A stretch of DNA of 10,296 nt from Candidatus Aegiribacteria sp. (GTDB taxonomy: Bacteria > Fermentibacterota > Fermentibacteria > Fermentibacterales > JCC-6): positions 1 through 10,296 of the forward strand of contig JAWOBF010000095.1 of the NCBI GenBank assembly GCA_046498225.1, read 5' to 3'. The notes beneath the pieces are model-generated. The model saw only the letters and a list, made by a program, of their open reading frames with translations, did not search any database and was not told where the DNA came from. The position numbers and the translations under genes are program-made. Of the stretch, positions 1 through 6,928 are shown one piece after another; the stretch's first letter is position 1, and each line of letters begins with the position of its first letter.

Positions 1-371
1 GCCCAGGTGAAATAGACTATTCCGGTAGCCATCGAGAGGATCATGTAGAGGAGTGAAGCCCAGGCGGAAGGGTCCGCCATGACCCCGAAGAAGGAGTATT
101 TTCCGGGACCCCTGTCCGGCGCGAGTACGGGCTGTGTGTACTTCTCTACCTTGCGGTAATGCTCGGCCACTTCCGATGGCTCACCGTACCGCGCTATGGC
201 GCTTCTTGCGGCATCTTCCTCTGTTTCCTCGGGATTCCTTGAGATTTCTTCCTCTATGGCAGTGGAAAGGTGATCCTCGGCATCAGACAGAGCGTCCTGG
301 ACCACCGCGCGGTCAGCTCCCCTGAGTTCATCCCTGAAAGCGTTCAGATAGTCTTCCAGCAGCTTAATCAT
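1..371 (-). CDS. Membrane protein with an N-terminal HAAS/DUF1700-like helical domain followed by a probable sensor-type TM region (partial; 3' end runs off the window)
   Basis: Not in the ORF track; translated by hand. ATG at 371 has GGAGG at 384-380 and overlaps the padR stop (ATGATTAA). The frame is open to the window edge: MIKLLEDYLNAFRDELRGADRAVVQDALSDAEDHLSTAIEEE...AARSAIARYGEPSEVAEHY...FFGVMADPSAWASLLYMILSMATGIVYFTW. The pattern YL..L...L / E.HL / G.P.EVA is typical of PadR-partner HAAS/DUF1700 domains, and a hydrophobic helix follows it. Confidence 0.88.
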   Translation of the reverse strand, partial: MIKLLEDYLNAFRDELRGADRAVVQDALSDAEDHLSTAIEEEISRNPEETEEDAARSAIARYGEPSEVAEHYRKVEKYTQPVLAPDRGPGKYSFFGVMADPSAWASLLYMILSMATGIVYFTW

Positions 372-774
372 TGATCGCACCTCCAAGTATCCTGTCCATC
401 AGACTGCAGGTCCTTTTCCAGATCTTTCTCCATCGTTCCAGCGCTCTCTGCCCATCCTCGGTTATGCTGTAGTAACGTCTGGGTGGACCGGTTACGGAAG
501 GCTCTACCATGCTGGTCAGGAGATCGTTGCCCTCCAGGGACCTGAGGACCGGATAGAGCGCCCCGTGCTTGATCAGCGGGGTTTTCCGGTCCTCCTCCTC
601 TTCCATCAGCTTCGCTATCTGATACCCGTACATCGGTTCACTGGCGGAACTGAGAATGCTCAGCAGCGCAAGGGCCGTGGTCCCTGCGCTCAGCTCCTTC
701 CTGAACTTCCTGTCGGCGATTTCGCTCTTTCCTTCGTGCGAATTATCGTCAGTCGCGTTTTTCGATCTACCCAT
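364..774 (-). CDS. PadR-family winged-helix transcriptional regulator
   Basis: Motifs LALLSIL..EPMYGYQIAK, GALYPVLRSLEGNDLL, GPPRRYYSITEDG and a C-terminal W..W helix are hallmarks of short PadR (subfamily 2) proteins. RBS GGGAGG lies 7 nt upstream of ATG 774. Confidence 0.96.
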   Translation of the reverse strand: MGRSKNATDDNSHEGKSEIADRKFRKELSAGTTALALLSILSSASEPMYGYQIAKLMEEEEDRKTPLIKHGALYPVLRSLEGNDLLTSMVEPSVTGPPRRYYSITEDGQRALERWRKIWKRTCSLMDRILGGAIND

Positions 775-823
775 TCATACGCCTCCCGTCCAAATGCTGA
801 ACCGGATCAGTCCCGGCGAGTAA

Positions 824-852
824 ATACTAATATTAAGTTAATAGTATGTCAA
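824..852 (-). promoter_or_regulatory. Sigma70-type promoter of the padR operon, with an overlapping inverted repeat (candidate PadR operator)
   Basis: The minus strand reads TTGACA (852-847), 17 nt, TAGTAT (829-824). The inverted repeat ATACTA-N12-TAGTAT spans 824-847 in a locally very AT-rich patch. Confidence 0.78.
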
Positions 853-1058
853 GTTTATGTGTACACCGAACATCAGAACACCTGTGTTCTTCATCTCGAG
901 GCGACCCCCATATCGTTTCCTTCCTTTACAGAGGAGAGCAGTTTCATCCCCACTCTCTCGAGGAAGTTCGACGTTACTTACGCTTCCACATTAGTCACCC
1001 TGACGAGGGGACCTATGGGCGCCTGACGTTTTTCACGCGGGGTCTGTCCGGTTGGATC

Positions 1059-1559
1059 TCATTCGCCGGGGATTATGACGGTGTCTGTTTCGAAAAGATC
1101 GGTTTCCGGCTGCACCGAGGAGTTAAGGGGATAGGTTTCTCCATCGAAAACCAGCAGCCTGTATCCCGAAGGATATCCTCCGCCGGATGTGTATACCAAT
1201 ATGTCCATCCAGTTCCCGTCGCCGTCCCTGGCAAGTATCGGTGCGCCGGCCTGGGTGCTCATCCCTGTGAAACTGAAGCCCCTGTCCTCTCCTTTGAAAA
1301 CGAAAAGAGCCGCTCCTCCGGAGCCCACCCACTCTGTACCGGCGCCCATGAGGGCTATCGCGTCCGGGATGCCGTCTTTATTCAGGTCGGCGAAACCAAG
1401 TGTGTACCCCTGCCTGGAAACCGGTTCGGCGTTGATGGTCTCCAGGTGCCTGTTCAGACAGGAATGGAAGATAATCTCCGCTTTGCTCAGGGCCGATGAC
1501 TGCGGTGATGCTGCAAGCAATGAGATCAATACGCATGCATTTGAAAGTGCAACGGTCAT
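1059..1559 (-). CDS. Exported hypothetical protein with a DxNxDG (FG-GAP/VCBS-like, putative Ca2+-binding) motif
   Basis: ATG 1559 is preferred over TTG 1595 because GAGG lies 7 nt upstream and a signal-like hydrophobic stretch follows (MTVALSNACVLISLLAAS). The protein contains ADLNKDGIPDAIA, WVGSGGA, W-x-DILV..SGGG and L.FDGETYP.N.S. Confidence 0.8.
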   Translation of the reverse strand: MTVALSNACVLISLLAASPQSSALSKAEIIFHSCLNRHLETINAEPVSRQGYTLGFADLNKDGIPDAIALMGAGTEWVGSGGAALFVFKGEDRGFSFTGMSTQAGAPILARDGDGNWMDILVYTSGGGYPSGYRLLVFDGETYPLNSSVQPETDLFETDTVIIPGE

Positions 1560-1726
1560 TTTCGATCCTCTCTGCAATGAAATCTGAATGCTCAATCCTC
1601 AAACTCGACGCATGATAGCAACCGGATGAGCTATGAGCAGTCTCCCTTATTATTCTGCTCGAAGATACCTGTAAGGTTCGACACTCACAAATTTATGATG
1701 AACCATTGCTTTCGATACGGGGTCTT

Positions 1727-1864
1727 TCACCTGGAGGGCATAGGTGGACTTCCACGACAGCCGTACCGTACACCTCCCACCGCTTGACCGGCTTCTTCCA
1801 GGGCTTCCGCCATTCTCAGATTGAAGCTGTATCCGCCTGTGCTGTGATCCTTGTCGATATTCTG
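1727..1864 (-). pseudogene. Possible degraded N-terminal fragment of a GT4-like glycosyltransferase
   Basis: A start-less frame reads QNIDKDHSTGGYSFNLRMAEALEEAGQAV..., resembling the TGGY-x-Y/F-x-x-R-x-x-x-x-L-x-x-x-G-x-x-V N-terminal pattern I recall for some GT4 enzymes. It lies in an otherwise unexplained gap of about 500 nt. This rests on recalled pattern only. Confidence 0.25.
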
Positions 1865-2082
1865 TCAAAAAACGGCTAAAGGTAAGAAAGGTTAGCCCGG
1901 TCTCTCTCCGCAGGTTCATGGCTCGTTGACCGGTTGGATTCGCTTCGGTATCATGTGAGCAGGTACTGAAATGACGAAACTGGATGAAGAACTCAGGTTT
2001 CGAAACAAAGTCGCAGAGCATATCCCGGATGGCGAGAAATCCAGTGTTCTATTGTCCATCGAACGACAAAGGAGAAAAGGAA

Positions 2083-2958
2083 ATGTATGACAGAAAGAAA
2101 ATGATAATGGAGAAGATCCGGAAACTTGACAAGGGCAGCAGTTCGGAATCGGGCAGGTACTGGTGTGTAACCTGTAAAAAACTCTTCAGGATAGGCGAAC
2201 CGGTATGCCCTTATATGACAAAGATGTGTGTTAATACCCCGATAGCAATAGAGAACATTTCACCAGAATCGGCCGTATGGGTGGAGAAGATGGGTCTATT
2301 CTATCCCAAGCTGCCTCAGAAGGTAATGGCGGCCATGGTCGGAGAACCGGCAGGTATCGGAAAAGAATGGGTTCGGATCTATCTTGATTTCCTGAAGGAC
2401 TGGAGAATTGACTGTACCAGGAACCCCCTGCAGACCGTAAAGAGCTTTGTGATCTTTACCAGTGGTTCGGAAACAGCTCAGAGGGTCAATGAAGACCTTA
2501 TAACACTTGTGCTGACAGACATGAAAAGGATATGGAACAAGGAGCAGCTCTTTTTAATACTGACCGAGGCGCTGGAGATACTGAGAGAGCGCCTGGATAT
2601 AAAGCAGGAGTTCGCACTGGATGAGATGGATATCATAGGTGAGAGGCCCATGGGCAGATATCACTGCGCCATGTGCAAAAAATTCTTTGAGTTCGGCATA
2701 ACCAGGCAGACCGTTACCTGTCCGCTCATGGCCCAGAAATGCATGTTTGATCCAATAAACATAGATGATATCAAGTATTCGGAAGAGGGACTCCTCAAGA
2801 TGTACAGGATATCACCTGACCTCTACAAGAGGTTTATAGAGATACTGCCCGACAAAGAGAAGGGAAGAAAGGAATTCAAAAGGGTGCTTTCATCGGACTG
2901 GCAGTTGGATCCGGACGAGGGTGCGTTGAGGGAGTTTGAGGAGCTGCTGGGATTATAG
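2083..2958 (+). CDS. Hypothetical cytoplasmic protein (291 aa) with two C-x2-C-x10/14-C-P-x-M-x3-C putative metal-binding motifs
   Basis: ATG 2083 has AAAGGAG at 2068-2074. The motifs are GRYWCVTCKKLF..VCPYMTKMC and GRYHCAMCKKFF..TCPLMAQKC. No signal peptide or TM segment is evident. Confidence 0.88.
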   Translation: MYDRKKMIMEKIRKLDKGSSSESGRYWCVTCKKLFRIGEPVCPYMTKMCVNTPIAIENISPESAVWVEKMGLFYPKLPQKVMAAMVGEPAGIGKEWVRIYLDFLKDWRIDCTRNPLQTVKSFVIFTSGSETAQRVNEDLITLVLTDMKRIWNKEQLFLILTEALEILRERLDIKQEFALDEMDIIGERPMGRYHCAMCKKFFEFGITRQTVTCPLMAQKCMFDPINIDDIKYSEEGLLKMYRISPDLYKRFIEILPDKEKGRKEFKRVLSSDWQLDPDEGALREFEELLGL

Positions 2959-3007
2959 AAAGATATGATCTGCGCTCCTTACCGCCGGACGCAATGATCG
3001 ATGGGCA

Positions 3008-3045
3008 GTCAATACATTGACCGGGTAGATTGATCCGGATATGCT
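3008..3045 (+). promoter_or_regulatory. Sigma70-type promoter with a palindrome over the -35 element
   Basis: TTGACC (3017-3022), 17 nt, TATGCT (3040-3045). The palindrome GTCAAT-AC-ATTGAC lies at 3008-3021. Confidence 0.55.
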
Positions 3046-3127
3046 ACTTAGCAGAGTCAGGCAGATCAGTGAACACGATCCAATGGCATTATCCGGAAAT
3101 CATATGCGGAGGAGGGGGTAATTCGAT

Positions 3128-3667
3128 ATGCAGGGATTTGGATACAGACTGGACTACGAAGATGGGAAACTGATTTTCGCTTCGAGGCCGAGGCCGCGTC
3201 AGCGATTGTTATTTCTGGTCAGCGTGATAGCCGTTCCTTTAATTACCGCGGCGGGAATCGCTGCCGGTCAGCCTGTCATAGCCGCGGCCGCTTTCCTGGC
3301 TGTCGCCTCGGTAGCGATTTTCCTCTACCGAGAGCTGAAGGTTGCCTCCGGCGAGAAACTTGTGCTTGAGAATAATGGCCAGCTGAAATGGGTAAAGGTT
3401 CCGAAGCTGTCGGAAGAGGAATCCAGCAGACGACTGGAAGACATAACCCCCGATGAGCAGGGCTGTCTTTTCAAAATAGCCGTTCTGGAACACAACGCCC
3501 CTGGAAGCAGGGTGATGGAGGGTTCTCCCGCGACAGTATCGGTCTTTATGAGCAGGGGGCCCGGAGCGGGCTACGAGAGAGTCTTCATGGCAAGAACGCT
3601 TACGAAAGAGATAGATCCTATCATGGAAGTTCTTCTCGAGAAACTTCCCCGCTCCCGAAGGGACTGA
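3128..3667 (+). CDS. Hypothetical membrane protein (two adjacent TM helices followed by a soluble domain)
   Basis: A strong GGAGGAGG RBS lies upstream. The hydrophobic hairpin LLFLVSVIAVPLITAAGIAA / PVIAAAAFLAVASVAIFLY is preceded by basic RPRPRQR. Confidence 0.82.
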   Translation: MQGFGYRLDYEDGKLIFASRPRPRQRLLFLVSVIAVPLITAAGIAAGQPVIAAAAFLAVASVAIFLYRELKVASGEKLVLENNGQLKWVKVPKLSEEESSRRLEDITPDEQGCLFKIAVLEHNAPGSRVMEGSPATVSVFMSRGPGAGYERVFMARTLTKEIDPIMEVLLEKLPRSRRD

Positions 3668-3801
3668 GCCCGAGGCAGTTCCTCAACATCCGCGTGGCTG
3701 ATGCGCCCCGGCTATATTGAAGACCGGTAAGAGGAATTCACGGGCAGAATGGTGTCTGAACCGCGGTTCCGCTGGTTTGACGAAATCAGGCTCTCCGCCG
3801 G

Positions 3802-6618
3802 TTACCAGTTAAGGCCCAGGCCGAACCTGAAGAAACGGGGAGCGCCGAAGGCATAGGGGTTGTTCATAGGTCCGGTGGGATCACCCCGCTCCTCATCGTC
3901 ATCGTAGTTTTGCCCTGCCATCTCCCAGGAGTGGTACCACGGTATGTTCTGTATATCCACGATGTCATGACCGTTGAACAGGTTGCTGACCTCACACCAT
4001 AGGTCCATGGAGAAGTGTTCCAGCCATAACTCCTTTACCACTTTCAGGTTCGCGGTATTCGTCGCCGGATATCTCCTGGTGTTGGGCTCCACGAATTCAA
4101 CCTGTTTGTAATAGGTGTACGGGAAACCGCTGCCGTACTCCCATTCCAGACCGATCCCGAGCCCCTGGGTTACCGGGACGCCGCCTATCCGAAGGCCCCT
4201 CCCCCTGGGAATTTCCATGAAGAGCGACAGGTTCAGGGTGTGCCTCTGGTCCCAGTCGAGGTACTGCCGGCCGTCGTTGTTCTGGTAGCCGCCCAGATAG
4301 TAGAGATAGTTCTGAAGGGGATGAGAGGACGAGCCGGTTGCCCTGGACAGTGTATACTCGGCCTTCCATGAAAGGAAGCCGAGGTCCCTTCCGGCCATGG
4401 AAGCTTCCAGTCCTCTGCTGTCAGCGGTTCCGGTACTTGTGAACCGGGCGTACTGACCGATAACCGGATAGCTGAAGAAATCAGTCTCCACAAGGTTTGA
4501 GATCTCTCTGAAGTAGCCGGCGAGGTCCAGTGTGATCCGATCCGTAACAGCGTATGTGAATCCCAGTTCGTACATGGTGCTCTTCTGGAAATCAAGGTCG
4601 GGATTGCCGCCGAGAGGAATGTCCTCCACGGTAACGGAGTCGCTGGTGTAGCTGTTGTCCTCCCTGTGATAGAGATATCTCAGTTCGGGTATCTGTGAGT
4701 ACATCCCGTAGGCGGTGCGCATCGAACTCCTGTCAGTGATCGGCATCATGAAGCTCAGTCTTGGATTAAGGGAGTATTTCGGGGGCGCTTCTATGAAATT
4801 CAGCACTCTGTTCTGAAGAGTAGGCGGAGAAGGGATGTTGAGGGGATCGGTCGCCCTGTCGTAGTTCGGGTCGAAATAGTCCAGTCTGAGCCCACCCGAG
4901 AAGACCATTCCGTCCTGGAATTCGATCCTGTCCTGGAAGTACACTCCACCTGAGAAGGGGCTCTCGTCGAAAGTGTTCTGGTGAACCTGGTCACTTCCAT
5001 CCACTATCACGGTATACTCGAAGACATCGTGGAAATCCGCCTGCAGACCCCAGCTCAGGTCGTGCTGCTCCCAGGCAATCGTCTCCGTTCTCAGATCCAC
5101 GGAGTTGGTGGTACTCTGCCGTTCCATCCATGGGAACCGGCTGGTTCCTTCCCTTACGAAACCTTCACCGTCCGTAGTTATGCCGGTCTGGTAATCCTCC
5201 CAGTCCTCCGGTCCCCAGTCCTGGCCAAGCCACTCGGTCTGCCTCATGGGGTCCGTGGATCCGGGATCATTGTATATCCTGTGAAAGTATTCTGCCCTCT
5301 TCTGCGAAAAACCCAAGGTGATGGATGTCAGTTCGCTGAAGGAGTGATCTATCCTTGCGCCGATGTGGCTGTTGCTCCATGTCCTTTCGGGCAGGGCGTA
5401 GAGGATGTCTCCTTCAGGGGACAGGGTGTCCCCCTCAAAGATGTAGGGGTCCTCGTACCGGCTCCAGGACCAGTAGTCACCCACACCGAACCAGCCGGCG
5501 GACCGTTCCTTGAATGAAGTGAGCAGATCTATCTCCTTGGTCTCCCCGGGTTTGTAGGAGAGTTTCAGGAATCCTCTATAGGTCTCGCTCCAGTCGTCGA
5601 AACCCCAGCCGTACCTGTTGTCCCTACCGCCTCCTGTCCTCAGGAACTCCCCGTCAAGGAACATGCTGAACTGTCCGGGAACATCCAGACCTGCCGCCGG
5701 CAGAAGATAGTTTGATACAGGTTCCGGACCGGCCACCGTGCCGCCCAATTCCAGCCTGGCGTCGTTGAAAGGCGTGACGTTGCTCCAGCGCCAGGAATCC
5801 CACGGATAGAGGGCTGTTTCTGAATGGCCTCCCCAGGTCCCGGCCTCGTCAAGGCCGATCGCATGCCAGTCGTTGAACTCCGCGCGGATCTCTCCTGTGT
5901 ACTCCTCGCCGCCCGTCCCGGTCTCCATCTCAACGATTCCTGAGAGGAAATCACCGTACCTGGCGTCGTACACCCCGGCATGGGTCTTCATCTCCATTAT
6001 AGAGGTAAGGGGCAGGGTGCCGATGAAGGCGCGGGATAGAGGTTCGGTCATACCGCAGCCATCCATAGTGTAGAGGATCTCCCCGCGACGCCCGCCGCGA
6101 ATGTGGAGGTTGTCCGGAATGGATGCGTTTAAAGTACCGACCAGCTCGTAATTTGGATTGGATACTCCGCCGCCGAGGAACTTGAGGCTCCCGTTCCGAA
6201 GCCCGTTGTCCAATACCCCGGGCACGCTCATCTGAAGGTCCTGCGGTCCGTCCGCTACTAGAAGATGGTCGGGGCGCGTATGCCGAGATTCGACTGCTGC
6301 GGATGCGGAAGTAACCGAAGACCAGTTATTTGACAGGGTCAGGTCCACTCTGGTGACTTCATCCTCCATCACCACGACCCCGTTCCTCCCGTTCCGGAGG
6401 CTGCCGGTAATCTCGGTATAGATGTCGTAAACACCGGGTTCAAGGGGTATACGGTACCAGCCCTCCTCATCAGTGGTACAGGCATGGCCGTCATCCGTTG
6501 TCACGGTGACACCGTCTGCCGGATTCCCGTTTACATCATGTACGAAGCCCTGGATAGAGGAGGTTCCGGCCCCGGCCGTGCTCAGGACCAGGGATAGACA
6601 AATCAGCAGTGATATCAT
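3802..6618 (-). CDS. TonB-dependent outer-membrane receptor with an N-terminal carboxypeptidase-regulatory-like domain
   Basis: The 938-aa protein has a signal peptide (MISLLICLSLVLSTAGA) and a beta-sandwich N-domain (IQGFVHD.NGNP..GVTV...TDEEGWYRI.LEPGVY). It also shows plug motifs (VPGV, LHIRGGR.GE..Y.MDG, G.YDARYG..LSGIV), barrel motifs (GGLRLDYF, LNPRLSF, GNPDL, YELGF) and a C-terminal aromatic beta-signal (PRFFRFGLGLNW). Confidence 0.95.
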   Translation of the reverse strand: MISLLICLSLVLSTAGAGTSSIQGFVHDVNGNPADGVTVTTDDGHACTTDEEGWYRIPLEPGVYDIYTEITGSLRNGRNGVVVMEDEVTRVDLTLSNNWSSVTSASAAVESRHTRPDHLLVADGPQDLQMSVPGVLDNGLRNGSLKFLGGGVSNPNYELVGTLNASIPDNLHIRGGRRGEILYTMDGCGMTEPLSRAFIGTLPLTSIMEMKTHAGVYDARYGDFLSGIVEMETGTGGEEYTGEIRAEFNDWHAIGLDEAGTWGGHSETALYPWDSWRWSNVTPFNDARLELGGTVAGPEPVSNYLLPAAGLDVPGQFSMFLDGEFLRTGGGRDNRYGWGFDDWSETYRGFLKLSYKPGETKEIDLLTSFKERSAGWFGVGDYWSWSRYEDPYIFEGDTLSPEGDILYALPERTWSNSHIGARIDHSFSELTSITLGFSQKRAEYFHRIYNDPGSTDPMRQTEWLGQDWGPEDWEDYQTGITTDGEGFVREGTSRFPWMERQSTTNSVDLRTETIAWEQHDLSWGLQADFHDVFEYTVIVDGSDQVHQNTFDESPFSGGVYFQDRIEFQDGMVFSGGLRLDYFDPNYDRATDPLNIPSPPTLQNRVLNFIEAPPKYSLNPRLSFMMPITDRSSMRTAYGMYSQIPELRYLYHREDNSYTSDSVTVEDIPLGGNPDLDFQKSTMYELGFTYAVTDRITLDLAGYFREISNLVETDFFSYPVIGQYARFTSTGTADSRGLEASMAGRDLGFLSWKAEYTLSRATGSSSHPLQNYLYYLGGYQNNDGRQYLDWDQRHTLNLSLFMEIPRGRGLRIGGVPVTQGLGIGLEWEYGSGFPYTYYKQVEFVEPNTRRYPATNTANLKVVKELWLEHFSMDLWCEVSNLFNGHDIVDIQNIPWYHSWEMAGQNYDDDEERGDPTGPMNNPYAFGAPRFFRFGLGLNW

Positions 6619-6665
6619 GAAATCCCCCCCCGTTCAGTATTTACAAAGGTTCTAGTGTCGTAAAC

Positions 6666-6694
6666 AGAATAAGACGGGGGAGGTGTCAAGTCAA
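6666..6694 (-). promoter_or_regulatory. Sigma70-type promoter of the TonB-dependent receptor
   Basis: The minus strand reads TTGACT (6694-6689), 17 nt, TATTCT (6671-6666), about 47 nt upstream of ATG 6618. Confidence 0.55.
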
Positions 6695-6928
6695 TAAATC
6701 CGGTAAGCTGCCATGATTCTCCCGTGGAATCACCGCTCCAGGGTATCTGTGAGTTTCCGGCAAAATACCGTTCCATGCTGGAGACGCAGGTGAACCTTTT
6801 CTGGTGAAGCATCGGTTCAATTTCGTACCCCCATAAGCTGTCCGCCGGAGGTCATGTGATGTTCCGCAGGTGACATTGTATCAATAAGTTTACTGAGATT
6901 TGCTCTACTCTATCTGTATTCCGTTAAA

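Noticed and set aside
868..890. GAAC...GTTC as a LexA (SOS) box
   Set aside because: The spacer is 6 nt, not the 4 nt of the GAAC-N4-GTTC box.
891..1004. Minus-strand frame VRVTNVEA*VTSNFLERVGMK..., faintly like a GNAT C-terminal motif
   Set aside because: It is very short, has an internal stop and no start. The similarity is too weak to call without a BLASTX search.
134..1602. Alternative ORFs 134..325, 565..1026, 846..1499, 1189..1587 (+) and 1123..1332, 1378..1602 (-)
   Set aside because: These are antisense or out-of-frame shadows of better-supported genes, with no recognisable motifs.
1650..2021. 123-aa minus-strand ORF
   Set aside because: It has no clear RBS or domain motif and an atypical composition. 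It is probably spurious or part of a relic.
1984..2082. N-terminal extension of the Cys-motif protein
   Set aside because: The strong RBS is at 2068-2074, which favours ATG 2083.
3696..3740. Hammerhead ribozyme core suggested by CTGATG in a three-way junction
   Set aside because: The sequence is CUGAUGC rather than CUGANGA, and no GAAA is correctly placed after stem II.
4097..6655. Short ORFs nested in or antisense to the TonB-dependent receptor
   Set aside because: These are shadow ORFs expected in GC-rich coding DNA.
6619..6928. Cobalamin or TPP riboswitch, Fur box, or the 65-aa ORF 6615..6812 upstream of the receptor
   Set aside because: I see no B12-box, TPP core or GATAATGATAATCATTATC-like site. 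The small ORF overlaps the predicted promoter and has no motif.
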